Assembly (NCBI GenBank): GCA_937625935.1
Contig: OW569382.1
Coordinates: 372,001-436,000, forward strand
DNA from: Tetramitus jugosus
Taxonomy: Eukaryota > Protista > Heterolobosea
Direction of reading: 5' to 3'
DNA: 64,000 nt
Shown: positions 1-12,276 of the stretch, piece by piece
Position numbering within the stretch: the stretch's first letter is position 1
Layout: every line of letters starts with the position of its first letter
Position numbers and translations under genes: made by a program
Notes under the pieces: model-generated
Seen by the model: only the letters and a program-made list of their open reading frames with translations
Databases searched by the model: none
What the model was told of the DNA's origin: nothing

Positions 1-779
1 GTTCGAGCTTGTGCCTCTCTTTTGATTGTTCTCCAGACTATCATACATTCACATGCACATTTCATGTAACCAATTCCACATATGAACACACACAAAACAA
101 ACACGAAAAATTTGTCAATATAAGAACAACAGTGTTATCTGGAGGGGAAAAAGGATGAAAATGCAACACATACGAGATACCGGGAATAAAGTGACAAAAA
201 CAGCACTTTTCGATTCAAATTTGAATTTTTCAACCGAAGCAATGCATTTTCATCTTTTAACAAATTCATGGATGACATGTTTCGATGATGAAAATGATTC
301 GATTCATCTCCACCAGTGTTATTGTCCATATTCTGATGATGATGATGATGATGAAGAGCACTAATGGATGAAAGAATGTGAACACATCGATCATATTCTT
401 TCAAATCAAACAAACTCTTTGCAAACAAAAATTTATCTTGCATAATCCACTCTTCCATATCTATTCCATCCTCACCTTCATTATTATTCATACTATTATT
501 GTTATTGTTACTATTGATATTATTGTTATTGCGTAACAGTGCAGAAATGGGACTCGTAATTTCATATTCTTCAAAATTGGGTTTGATTTGTGTCGATTTA
601 CCAATGGATGATGATGGCACAGGCAAACCAATCAATTGTTCACCTAACCACTTGGAACTGTAGAGGAGACCTCTACTCGAACACTCTGTAATGGTGTAGT
701 GCATCGAAGAACGAAGGTATGATATTTGTTCATCACTTAGCTTTTGATTGTTGCTTGTTGCACTGTTTTGGTGGTTCAT
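1..779 (-). CDS. CDC23: Anaphase-promoting complex subunit 8 (CDC23), N-terminal part; exon 1 779-174, intron ~173-38, continues off the window
   Basis: Motifs CSSRGLLYSSKWLGEQL, AKSLFDLKEYDRC and FLSLYSRYL. A GTATGT donor and TAG acceptor splice to SGEQSKE, matching the CDC23 YLxGEK motif. Confidence 0.85.
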
Positions 780-876
780 TTATTGATTGTGCTTTGCTTG
801 CTGCAAAAGAGAAACTCTTTTGACCGCGAAAATGTTTTTGGGCGCCAAACAGAATTACTCCGTATGGTGCATACAA

Positions 877-3495
877 TCAGTGGAGCAAAAACCCATCGAC
901 CAGACCGTGTTTCACTGCTGCATCAAAGAGCTTTGACATGCTGGTGACCGAGAGAGGATCATTATTGTTGTTGTTCGTAGTTGGTGCAGGAGAGTCAGAT
1001 GTTTGGTGCTCGAGCGATGGCTCCCGATCACAAATGTCATATGCTGGGAAATCGAGCCTGTTGAGACATGTGTGAGCCACAGGCAAGTATCTGTTCTTGT
1101 TTTCACTCTTTGGCACTCTGACGCAACAGATTGTGAAATTGGGATAGAGACCTCGGAAGCCCTCGGGAGGTACACAGCTGGTGCCCGTTACAAACTGCAG
1201 GAGCTGAGACCGTTGTGTATCACTCATCTCGCCAACCATCTTCCAGAAATGATGAATCGTGGGATGTGACTCTGAAAAACCTGCCTCATACTTGCAGTGC
1301 TGCTGCCAGTCTCGAACAGAAATTGTTGGCTTTCCACACAGCAATAGCTCCAGCTCTGACTCGGAAAATATGCTAAAATATGGGCGTGGTATAATGCTGT
1401 ACAATCCAGATAAAAACAGAGTTAACTGAGGTCTCACGCTCTCAACGAGCTTCCACCGTGAATACAACTCGACAAATTGTCTCTTGTTTTCATTGGTGAC
1501 TGGTATTTGATCACCGTCGTACACTAGAGGGAAAGTGTTGTTGCTTCCAAAGTCATTCAGCTCAGCACTGAACGTTAGGTACATGTGTTCCACTTGGTCA
1601 TATGACAGAATATTCTTCATTGCCAAAAACATGCTTGGATCACAATACTCCAAATCTTCAAATGTAATGGGTTTTCCAATAATCATTTTGAATATGACTC
1701 TCGAAAAATGAGTATCCATCAGATTCATATCGTACAAACACTTGCCCACAAGCTTTCCAATAAATGTAAAATATTGCAAATGATCTTCATTAACCACACT
1801 AGTTGGATTTGGATGGTAGGTGCCATTCATACCCGTTTTCAAGAACAAGGCATTATTGCGATCCAAAATCTGCTCACTCAATAATTTGTAAAACTCTCGG
1901 GTCACACCACCCATGTCCAAACCAGGTTCATGCGCAAAAAAGATGTACATTGGTCGCCTAAGGTCAGATTGCGTCATTGTAGAAAAGTGCTTACATGCAT
2001 CGAAAACGAGATCGGATCTTCGAACTAACACTACGGTTGGTTGTTGAACCTCTGCATCATCAGGCAACAACCGTTGATAAAATAATTCTGTTCTCGTTTC
2101 GAAGTCAAGACTCCGCTCCTCCTCAGTGTAAATACTTTCGCCTTCATACTCATGATCCGGTAAGTTGATCGAAATACTGAAATTAATCGGCGAAGAATAG
2201 TCGTCTCCAGTTTCAATAACATCAGGAGCTGTCGATTCACTGCGTTTTCCCTCTCTAATGTGTTGCTTCTTCTCCAATTTTGAACAATGAAACAACAAAT
2301 GTTCAATTTGTGTATCAAGGTTCATCTCAACACTCAACACATTCTCAGACTCTAATTTTGCAATGGAATCGGCCACTTGTCTGCTTGGCATCATTAGAAC
2401 ATCGGTAAAGTAGTTGAAAAGACTCAAGAAACGAACATAGGCCGGCGTTTGATCATTTGATGCACTCTCGCTTTGTTTTCCTTTGCCCTTGTGCTGTTTT
2501 CTGTTTAACTTTGGAATCGGAGTGCACTGAACCGATGTTCCCTTGATAAAATACAATGATCCATCGTGTACAACCATGTCCGGTGTCGATATCATGCTTC
2601 CTGCAGTAGAGCACCGAACATCCACCAAAAATTTCTCTTGTTCGATATCCCACACACGAAACAGTTTGGAATCCGAGTCCCAACCAATGATAAAATGTTC
2701 GAACAAGTGAAAACTACTGAGTCCCAAGATTGGTGCATACACGTGATCACTCTCCATATCGAACACTGCAATCTCATTGAACAAACTACAAAAGAGGAGA
2801 TTCTTGGGTTCATACAGTGCAATTTGCGTACAGTGATCACGACATAAAAATACACGAATGCAGTCACCTGATTCAATATCCCATGACCGAATCGTTCCAT
2901 CTGCACTCGACGAATATAAAATATCAGACTCGAGTGACAAAACTAAATGTTCGATTCGCTTGCTGTGACCACTCAGTTTATGCAGCCGCTTTCCACTCTT
3001 TTCATCAAATACATGTATGTTACAATCATAACCAGCACAACAGACATAATTCTCTGTTGCAATGCCACATGTGAGCCAATTCTCACTGCCATGATACACT
3101 CGAATGCACTCTCCAGTCTCTATATTCCACGCTCGCACCGTACAATCTTGACTCGTTGAATATAGCACAGTTTGGCCATCATCACCACTATCACCACCAC
3201 CACCACCATTAAATGCATTTTGTTGTTGTTGACCATCAGTATGACGCATAAAGAGAGAAGTCACAGCCTTCGAGTGACCACTATACACTTGTTCACACAT
3301 GTTGGACGACAGTGATTCATTGAGTGACCATTTACAAATATGTTTGTCCAATGAGCTCGTAAACATCACATCCCGATGACTCTCTAGCATCAAAATACTC
3401 GTAATCTTTGAAAAATGTTTCCAATTCTTAAATTGATCACGTGTCTTGACATGACGATTACTCACTCCACCCATACTACCACCACTATTACCACC

Positions 3496-3535
<40 letters not shown>

Positions 3536-4041
3536 ACAGTTGAAACATCCTTGATAGTGGCTGATAGAGCATCCAATGAAGAACGACCGGCAGTGGAAAA
3601 AGAAGAAGATCCTTCATCCGAATCATTATTCATTTCATCCTCTTCATCATCATACGTGTCACCAGTATCCACCGTATCTCCATCACTCAATGTCGTTGCT
3701 GAATCACCATGATTTTTACTACCACCATTGTTTGATTGTGTCGATCCAAAAAATTTTGTAAAAGTGGAAGTAGGACTATTATTATTGTTCTGTTTCTTTT
3801 GCTTTTTCTTGTTGTTATTAGTATTCTTGATTTTTTTTGATTTTTTAGTAGTTGTTGTTGTAGTAGTGTGCAATGAAGAAGAAGCAGATGATGACTCCAA
3901 AAGCTTCTTTTTTTTTTCTTTGATTTCGTCTACGGTCGGTAAATTAGAGGCACTAGCACCACCGTTTGCATTGTAGTATTGACTCCAAAAACGTCGAATA
4001 TCTTCATTTTTGTCACGAACGTTGGATGGTGATGCACCCAT
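877..4041 (-). CDS. WD40-repeat + HECT E3 ubiquitin ligase
   Basis: GH...WD repeats (aa ~250-500). HECT motifs EPGLDMGGVTREFY, LLQFVTGTSCVP and LPVAHTCLNRL (catalytic Cys). Likely ATG at 4041 (MGASPS). Confidence 0.9.
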
Positions 4042-4584
4042 GTTTCGTTTGCTTGTTTGATGATTGTAGAGGGTCGCTTGATGATGGACAAAAATTTCTT
4101 TATCGGCGCTTGGGGGTGAATTGCTATTTCGGCGATTTTGCTTTCGGACCAAAATTCACGAGTTTGGCGGATGGGATTTGTAGGTCTCTACAACTGGTGA
4201 GCAGTTCATGTCAATCCATACCAGGAAAAGGTGTCGGTCTGGCTGTCCAATTCGTTTTTTCACACATCTTTCTATTCTGAAAAATTTCAGAAAGAATTGT
4301 CCACAGAATTTTTTTGGCAGAAAGGAAATGCGCCCACATTGCGGCCACTTTCCGCCTGAGCGATAGAATACAAAGATACCGCATCCAAGGCAGACTGCAA
4401 GTCTGAATCTCCACTGCATCTCTCTTCCTGACGGTGCAGCTTCCAGGGAATAAAACTTGCATTTTTCACACCAAAGAAAACCAACCACACCAAAGCTTAA
4501 AACAACAACCAAAGCAACATCAAAAAGCAAAAGCAAGCTTCTTCTTTGTCAAAAGATCACACTTTCACACAACAACAACAAAAA

Positions 4585-5634
4585 ATGACAGTTGTTCAAT
4601 CCTCATCCTCATCCTCATCCAAGGTCACTGTTCCTCAAGGTTACAAATCACTTCTCTCACTCAGAGAAACTGAAGTGGCCATCAAGAAGCTAAAGGACAA
4701 GTTCGAGAGCACACTCGCTCAGAAATTGAACCTTACACGTGTGTCTGCACCATTGTTTGTTCGACCAGAAACTGGTCTCAATGATAACTTGAACGGTATT
4801 GAAGGTCCAGTGTCGTTCCAAGCCAAAGACGTTCATCATGACGCAAGAATCGAAATTGTGCACTCGTTGGCCAAGTGGAAGAGAATGGCACTGTTTCGCT
4901 ATGGTTTCTCCAGTGGAGAGGGACTGTACACAGATATGAATGCAATTAGAAAGGACGAAGAATTGAGCAACGTTCATTCCATTTATGTTGATCAATGGGA
5001 TTGGGAAAAGGTGATTGCAAAGGAGCACAGAACAACAGAAACGTTGATGCAAACCGTTCAATCCATTTACGAAGCTTTCCGCCAAACGGAGAAATATATC
5101 GTGAGTGAATACCCTGCGCTGAGCGAACCATTCCAACTGCCGGAAAATATTCATTTTTTGACGAGTCAGGAATTGGAGAACAAATACCCTTCTTTTACTC
5201 CAAAGGAGAGAGAGCACGCGATTGCAAAGGAGCACGGTGCAGTGTTTATTATGCAAATTGGACATGTTTTGAACAGTGGTGAGAAGCATGATGGAAGAGC
5301 ACCTGATTATGATGATTGGGAGTTGAACGGAGATATTCTCTTCTGGTATCCTCCACTGGATCGATCTGTGGAATTGTCATCGATGGGTATCCGTGTCGAC
5401 AGAGATGCTCTCGAGAAGCAATTGGAGATTAGCAACGCTCAAGACAGGAGAGAACTTGAGTATCATCAACTGTTGTTGCAGGATAAGCTACCGTTCACAA
5501 TTGGTGGAGGACTTGGTCAATCAAGAATATGCATGTACTTTTTGAGAAAGGTTCATATTGGAGAAGTGCAATGCTCTGTTTGGGATGCAGAAACCTTGCG
5601 CATTTGTGAAGAAAATGATGTTCCACTGCTGTAG
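4585..5634 (+). CDS. asnA: Ammonia-dependent asparagine synthetase A (aspartate--ammonia ligase, bacterial type)
   Basis: Motifs [50 protein letters not shown] and [10 protein letters not shown]. Confidence 0.96.
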   Translation: MTVVQSSSSSSSKVTVPQGYKSLLSLRETEVAIKKLKDKFESTLAQKLNLTRVSAPLFVRPETGLNDNLNGIEGPVSFQAKDVHHDARIEIVHSLAKWKRMALFRYGFSSGEGLYTDMNAIRKDEELSNVHSIYVDQWDWEKVIAKEHRTTETLMQTVQSIYEAFRQTEKYIVSEYPALSEPFQLPENIHFLTSQELENKYPSFTPKEREHAIAKEHGAVFIMQIGHVLNSGEKHDGRAPDYDDWELNGDILFWYPPLDRSVELSSMGIRVDRDALEKQLEISNAQDRRELEYHQLLLQDKLPFTIGGGLGQSRICMYFLRKVHIGEVQCSVWDAETLRICEENDVPLL

Positions 5635-6103
5635 ATTTACTTTGGAAAATAAATCAACACAAAGCTCAAGTAAGAGCACACCATCTATCCTTTCCTTTAG
5701 CGGATCTATCTCCTCTATCAAAGCTCGTCAAGTGAACTTCCTTCTCATGTCACTTTCGTTCGAAATCGTAGCATGACGGTTCCATGTCGGATTCGATGTC
5801 GACGGATTCTCCTTGATGTTGACGCTCTTTTCGCTTCGTGTGTCTTGCACGGGGTTCATTTTTAGCGGCATATTCATTATTTTCGGAGCTGACCCGTGCC
5901 AAAAGTCTCCTCTCGGAGAAGAGCAACCACACTTCCATCTCAGAAAAATCAAAAACCATTGTATATACCACAACAACAATCATAAAGAAAATCATTCCTC
6001 TCTCTTTGTGTTCTCACTTCCATCCTTTTCTCCACAACAACCACCACAACTTCACCACCACCTCATCTCCCTCCCGTCTACTACTATTTATTTATAAAGA
6101 AAA

Positions 6104-6718
6104 ATGAGTCCAGCCGTTACCACCAGCACAACTACCACTACGACCAACAAACACCACCATCAAAAGGGCATCACGACAACAACATCCTCCAACGTTTTCA
6201 ACAAAAAGGTTGATTTTACATTGAGTTCACTGATTGCTCTTGTTGGTGTTTTGAGCCTACTGGGATGCATTTCTCAGTCACTCACATCTGTTCATGCCAT
6301 TAGCTTTATTGCACGCTCTATTAGTAGTGTGTGTTTTTTGTTAGTGGGCTTGTTGGGTATGGGTAGTTGCTTGATCAAGAGTAGCTTTTGCTATGCAAAG
6401 TTTGTCTTGTGTGTGTCGTACGTCATTGGTCTCTCTGTTTTGTTGTTGGGTCAGTTGGTTCGACTGCTCATCAATGTTCGATTGATTGGTCGAACCGTAG
6501 TGGATCAAAACGGACTTTTGCAATCATCAGTTTCCACGACATTTTTGTCGCCAATTTTGCTCAGCAGGTTGACCATGGATTCACTCAGTGTTTTTTGTGT
6601 TGTTGTTTGCTTGTCCTCAGCTCTGAGACAATTGTCAAAGACACGCACAAGACGGGTTCGCGATTCTGAAGATAAGATTACGACCCTCGTCTATAACGTT
6701 GACTTTTCATCGTTCTAA
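6104..6718 (+). CDS. Small multi-pass membrane protein of unknown function
   Basis: 204-aa ATG ORF with about four hydrophobic segments (tetraspan-like layout). Confidence 0.55.
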   Translation: MSPAVTTSTTTTTTNKHHHQKGITTTTSSNVFNKKVDFTLSSLIALVGVLSLLGCISQSLTSVHAISFIARSISSVCFLLVGLLGMGSCLIKSSFCYAKFVLCVSYVIGLSVLLLGQLVRLLINVRLIGRTVVDQNGLLQSSVSTTFLSPILLSRLTMDSLSVFCVVVCLSSALRQLSKTRTRRVRDSEDKITTLVYNVDFSSF

Positions 6719-6951
6719 AAAGCTCAACAAAACAACAACAACCTGCGAATCACTTTTTGATGATGATTCAAACCCAACAACAACAACAATTTTGTCAAAT
6801 ATGTACATACAACTCATTAATTTATTATCTATAAACAATTCAAGTAAATACATCGAACTTTTCATACAACCGCAATAAGATTACTTTTTCTTTTGAATAA
6901 CACTTTTTTGTCCGACACCAAGAAAAAAAATCGACAAAAACATCATTTGTG

Positions 6952-8467
6952 ATGACATTCAATAACAAGAATCAAACTTGCAAGACAAGAGGATCACTAT
7001 TGCCTCCTTTTCGATTCTATGTTGTCTTTTTCATTTTTTGTGCGTGTTATCTGTGGAACGATGTCATGACTGGTGTTGCCATGTGGAGAGCTCCACAAGG
7101 TCCCGTATGTAATCAGAGAAGATCCATCCATTTTCTTTTTACCTCTACTTGTTGAGAGCTTTCAATTCCTATGAAGGAGCTAAAAGAAAAACAGGAGGAT
7201 ATTTCATTCCTAACACTAAAGTTGTTTTTTTTGCTTGTTTTTGTTTCGTTAGGGATGGTCTCATGATGTCAATTTAGCTCTCATTGGAAAGCCCTATGTT
7301 CCTCCAATGAACGACACGAGATTTTCAACTGTTTTGCCTGATGTTGGCTTTGATTTGATTCCCTATGTGGATCATGATGTTGCTACGAGGCTTCTGGTCT
7401 GTTTTATGCTTGTTAGCTTTTGTGTTTGTTTACACTCGAAGAAGAGATGGGAAATGATGAGTCGTTTCATGCTCGTTGATGCCATACTGTTGTTCATGAG
7501 AGGATTCACTGTGGTGGCCACTTCAATGAACAATCCTTATCCACCATGTTACAATTGTGGTCACGATTCTTGTCCAAGCAGTGTTTGGACATCAGTATGG
7601 TGGACCGTGTCAAAATTTCCCTTTTTTGATTGCGGTGATTTAATGTTCAGTGGTCACACGGTTCACTTCTTGCTGATGGCGCTGTTGTGGAATCGCTTTT
7701 GCTCTCACAAGGCGTTGAAGATGATTGTTTGGTCCTATACGATACCAGGCATCTTTACGTTGATTGCATGTCGTATGCACTATACGAACGATGTGTTGAT
7801 TGGATTCTTCTTGACATTGTTTGTTTGGCATTGGTATCACTTGACACTGACCTATCACAGTGAATTGAGAGTGGATAGAGCCAGAGTGGCAGGTGATGAT
7901 CAAATGAACAGTGTTAATGCTGCTGTCAAAAAGACAAATTATTCACTGTTGACTCGATTGATTCTTTGGGCAGAGAACATGGAGAAGAGTGATGATTTTG
8001 TTGCTGGCAAAGTTGCAGAGGAGCAGCAAGAGCTGATTCCTGTGATTGCCCAACATAAGAAGAGCAATCTCCGTCATCATCAATATGACAACAATGATCA
8101 TTCGTTCCACATGTCTCATCATGGCTATTCGCAATACCCCCATCAGATGACAATGGACAACAATAATAGCTATTATCCAGAGACGCGAAATGCAGAGCTT
8201 GCATCTGTTTCTTCGCCTTTCTCCACTCAATATGGTGAGAACGGCAATGATACTCTCCTCTATCCCTATCTATTTCCTCACTCGACTCAGCTGCCACCCT
8301 TCTCGTCCGACAATAGAGATCCAATAGCGCAACATCAAGGTGTGATGATGCACAATGAGTGTGCTACTAGGATGACACACAATATGGCACCTTTGACACA
8401 CATAGAGCACAAATCGCGGCCATTGTACACGATTCGAGCTCATCCACACGACTCTCCATCGTCATAA
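6952..8467 (+). CDS. Sphingomyelin/IPC-synthase family protein (PAP2_C); intron ~7105-7252
   Basis: Motifs LPDVGFD, CGDLMFSGHT and RMHYTNDV (catalytic H/H/D). Intron has GTATGT donor, CTAAC branch site and AG acceptor. Confidence 0.85.
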
Positions 8468-8773
8468 TCACCTCACTGAGAGTTCGAAGATACTTGAGTA
8501 TTGTTATTCTGCTTCTCTTGCTCAACAAATTGTGATGTCGGTTTTTCAGGGAGACCTCAAATTATTCCAGAAGGAGCCAAGCTAAACATAGCTCACCATG
8601 TTGATAGAGCAACTCTGGAAACGAACCTGCAGCAACCGATTTCATCTCAAGAGGAACACACAAAACACACAGCCTGCATTTGACCTATTCAGTAGTTATC
8701 ATATATAACTGCTTTCTCCGCTGTCTCTACCACCTACCTACATACCTGATTAATCTGAGAAAACCACTGGCAA

Positions 8774-9379
8774 ATGACAATTGATCACATGTCACTGATT
8801 GAAGCAGCCAAGATAGGAAATACAAGTGCCTTAGAAGAAAGAATTGAAGAGTTAACCAATGAAGGCATTCATGTTGATTCCGAGCTTGATAACCGGAATG
8901 AAGTTGGAGGTAACACAGCACTGTTGATAGCCTGTGCGACCGGTAGTGTTCCCTGTGTGGAACTATTGTTGAGCAGAGGTGCTAACATCAATCATACGAG
9001 CAGAATTGGATGGAATGCTCTGATTTGTGCATCACAAGCAGGGAATGCCAATGTTGTGCAAGTTTTATTGGACAAATTTGCTTCTGTTGAAGACGCGGCA
9101 CACTTCATGAACCAAAAGGATGTTTATGGTAACACTGCACTTCATTGGGCGTGTTTTAATGCTAATTATGCAACTGTGGATTGTCTATTGAAACATGGGG
9201 CCGATATTACAACTAGGAATCATTTTGGTCAGATGCCCGAGCAGTGTGTTGGTCGTGATCCCAATCAACGAACATTATCCCATGCTGACAAGCTACGCTG
9301 CTTGCAATTGCTTCAAGAGAAATCCTCTAGCAATCAAGCAGACATCACTCGTCGAAATCAACCAAAATCTATTCAATGA
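8774..9379 (+). CDS. Ankyrin-repeat protein
   Basis: Ankyrin repeats GNTALLIAC, GWNALICAS and GNTALHWAC...LLKHGAD. Confidence 0.9.
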   Translation: MTIDHMSLIEAAKIGNTSALEERIEELTNEGIHVDSELDNRNEVGGNTALLIACATGSVPCVELLLSRGANINHTSRIGWNALICASQAGNANVVQVLLDKFASVEDAAHFMNQKDVYGNTALHWACFNANYATVDCLLKHGADITTRNHFGQMPEQCVGRDPNQRTLSHADKLRCLQLLQEKSSSNQADITRRNQPKSIQ

Positions 9380-9555
9380 CTGATTCGTCATTTGAATTTT
9401 GTAAATGTACACATGACCTAGAGTATCACGATACCTGTCCTATGATTTAGTCAATTGTTTGTTGCAGTGAGCCCATGAGCATGTCATTCAAGTGTATTGG
9501 GGCTGAAAAGTTTACCAAATCCACAATTTGAATCACTATTTACTTGTTGTAACAG

Positions 9556-11910
9556 TTGGTGGTGTACTCCAATTCTATTTTCAAAACCTTGGATCGCCAT
9601 GACTTCCAAAAAACAAACAAAGAGATAAGATTTTGCGAGATGAAGTTGACCGAACTCTTACCCATTCTTGATCGGATCTCAAATCTACCAATTCCACGCA
9701 GTAGCACCTCAATCCATGGAGAACCACTCCCTGTTGACCACCAAACCAAAGAAAGTGGGGTATCTCATGCAGCAAAGAAACTTCCGTATCCCGCCCAACC
9801 TCCATCGAACACTTTACTTGATATTGATGACGAGTGCCAACAACTTCAAAGTGCCATACTGGCGAGTGAAGTCAAAATTGACAAATCATCTCTCATGAAC
9901 GAACCAATTGAGCGCCAAATTATTGGTCAACTGATGAAACTGTTTGTCAATGGAAACATGTTAGACAGAAAACAACAAACAGAACAAAGTTCACTTGCCA
10001 ACCAGGATTTAGTCAAGAGACAATTCTATCGAAGAGTCATATCGAACAAGCAAGTTCTCATCAAGATTTTTCAAATTTTGCAATACTATGGACAAGAGAT
10101 CAATCATATGGCTCAGCTCGATCGAGGCATAGTCATAGATTTCATACATGGACTATCGTCCATGTTGCAACAGTGTCTGAATCTTGGTTCATTGCCCTCA
10201 TCATCATTGTATTTCAGTAATGTCGGAGAGAAAATTGAGCTTTACCATCAAGCGAAAAATCTCTTGATCAATATCATTCATTTCACGAGTCCAAACAATG
10301 AAACTCTTGTCGATGATACAGTCGATCGATTATTTCAATTGGCGCGAGATTCCATCTACGATTCACCCGACGTGTCTGGTGAAGCTTTGCCGAGAGATAG
10401 TTTTTTGTATGATGTGAAATTGTGGAAATCAATGGCGTATGGTCGACCTGATTACGTGTTGCGCAATCTCCATCGATTCCATGATTGCTGCTTCTCAAAA
10501 GATGATTCAACAGAGGAGAGGAAGCAAAAACTGATGGCAATGGTCAAGAGTCACAACAGGGAGCAAAAGTCAACTGAGATTAGGAGAGAATGCCTGTGCC
10601 AACTCTGTGCTGAGACACAGTATCAATGTCCTTCCATTAATGATGAAAAACTCTTTGTTTACACTCAAATGATTCGTCGTTCATTTGAGATTGAAGAAGA
10701 TTATCATTTGGTGTTGGGTGTGTGGAACTTTATTGTTCATTCTGCCATTTCTTCCTGTAATGAGGACCTGATGAGAGGAGCACTTCAATTCACACTAGAC
10801 TCAATGGACGGTATACTGAGTTCCATTGATTCCTGTACTACTTTACCTTCAAAATATCTCGTTTCTATCACTGGGTTTCTCATTGCTACGCCTTCCACTC
10901 TGACTGAGAGTGTGAACCAAAGTTCAAAGAGTGTCATTCGATCGGCAATGATTGGAAAGCTCACTTCCATTCTTTGTCGATTGCTAGTTCATTTAGAGTA
11001 TCAAGCCAATCCACTACTAAGGGATCCTTGCTTGTCTCGCTTCATTGATCAACTTTCTCTCGTTTTTCATGAAAAATTGGCTTATACAAAACTGTACATC
11101 ATGCCTAGTGATGAGGACTGGATGCGTGATTGTTGTGGTTTCTTGTGTGCATACTTGAACACTTGCTTTCCCAACAAGGTTGAACCGTTGGCAACAGACA
11201 AGATTGGACAAATGATTTGGAGTGGACTCCACCATCCCTCCAATATTCATTACTGTTGGCAACTTGTAGAATCCATTGCTGTTCAAGAGAAGATACCGAT
11301 GTTGTACCGAAGGAGCCCTTCATCTTCGTTCGAGACTGATGAAGAATTACTCTTTAAGGTGTTCTTAGATGTACAAAAGTACGCCTTTGAAGAGAGCAAG
11401 ATTTCATACTCACTAAGATCAGTGTCTCGCCTTATTCGTTCCTATTACTATTCCCTCTCGGAGGAACATCAAGAAGTACTACGGCAGTGTTTTCATGATC
11501 AGATACAGTTACTTGAGAAGAGATCAAAATCATACAACAAGAAGATACTCTTGTGGCTTGCTACACTCTATCAAATTATTCCTCAGCCTGTCACACGGCT
11601 CTATGTTCAGAATCGGTTTAAGATATGTGGAGAGGCTGTTCGAAAACTGTTGAACATTATGGATCAGAGCTCAGAGGACTGTGCTACGATTGTGTATGTC
11701 TTGTTGCTGTTGATTGAAGAAGACATACAAAATTGGAAAGGAGAAGCAAAACGAAGATTCGTTTATGGATACCTGGACAATATCGAAGAACTATTGACTG
11801 TGTCTGGATGGTGGGTAGATCAACATCGCCCTTACTGGCAATTATTCCATCCACAATTCAAGCGAGTGAAGAGTGAAGCCCAAGCCCTCAAATCCAGATA
11901 CGCTCAATGA
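9556..11910 (+). CDS. Hypothetical helical protein (~750 aa), start uncertain
   Basis: Long uninterrupted ORF with Leu-rich helical composition; no recognised motif. Confidence 0.65.
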   Translation: MVVYSNSIFKTLDRHDFQKTNKEIRFCEMKLTELLPILDRISNLPIPRSSTSIHGEPLPVDHQTKESGVSHAAKKLPYPAQPPSNTLLDIDDECQQLQSAILASEVKIDKSSLMNEPIERQIIGQLMKLFVNGNMLDRKQQTEQSSLANQDLVKRQFYRRVISNKQVLIKIFQILQYYGQEINHMAQLDRGIVIDFIHGLSSMLQQCLNLGSLPSSSLYFSNVGEKIELYHQAKNLLINIIHFTSPNNETLVDDTVDRLFQLARDSIYDSPDVSGEALPRDSFLYDVKLWKSMAYGRPDYVLRNLHRFHDCCFSKDDSTEERKQKLMAMVKSHNREQKSTEIRRECLCQLCAETQYQCPSINDEKLFVYTQMIRRSFEIEEDYHLVLGVWNFIVHSAISSCNEDLMRGALQFTLDSMDGILSSIDSCTTLPSKYLVSITGFLIATPSTLTESVNQSSKSVIRSAMIGKLTSILCRLLVHLEYQANPLLRDPCLSRFIDQLSLVFHEKLAYTKLYIMPSDEDWMRDCCGFLCAYLNTCFPNKVEPLATDKIGQMIWSGLHHPSNIHYCWQLVESIAVQEKIPMLYRRSPSSSFETDEELLFKVFLDVQKYAFEESKISYSLRSVSRLIRSYYYSLSEEHQEVLRQCFHDQIQLLEKRSKSYNKKILLWLATLYQIIPQPVTRLYVQNRFKICGEAVRKLLNIMDQSSEDCATIVYVLLLLIEEDIQNWKGEAKRRFVYGYLDNIEELLTVSGWWVDQHRPYWQLFHPQFKRVKSEAQALKSRYAQ

Positions 11911-12276
11911 CTTTGATAAAGATTTGCCATGACACAGAATTGTTTTACTATGCCAAACACGAATCCACAACTCCTGAAGTATAAAAAATCCTTCGCTATC
12001 AGGCGCCTTTCCGGGACACCTTTTATGTTGTGCGACAGGACTCAAAAAAAGTTAAGCTGTCCTCTGTGCATGTATCGAAGCGGAATGGATCCTTCTGAAT
12101 TCCAAGAAAACCATCGTAGTAAGCACAGAAGGAAGACCATCAACCCCCTTCTCACTCGCACACCAAGAAAAACAATTCTCAATCACTAAATTTGTTATTG
12201 GTTTTCTCTGAGAGTATCTTGGAAACAAAACATTTCAGAGAAAGTGAGCTGAACCTACCCGCTGCCATAGAGCCTT

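Noticed and set aside
5728-6107. Several overlapping 70-95 aa ORFs between asnA and the 6104 gene
   Set aside because: No motifs or consistent frame; cannot be supported.
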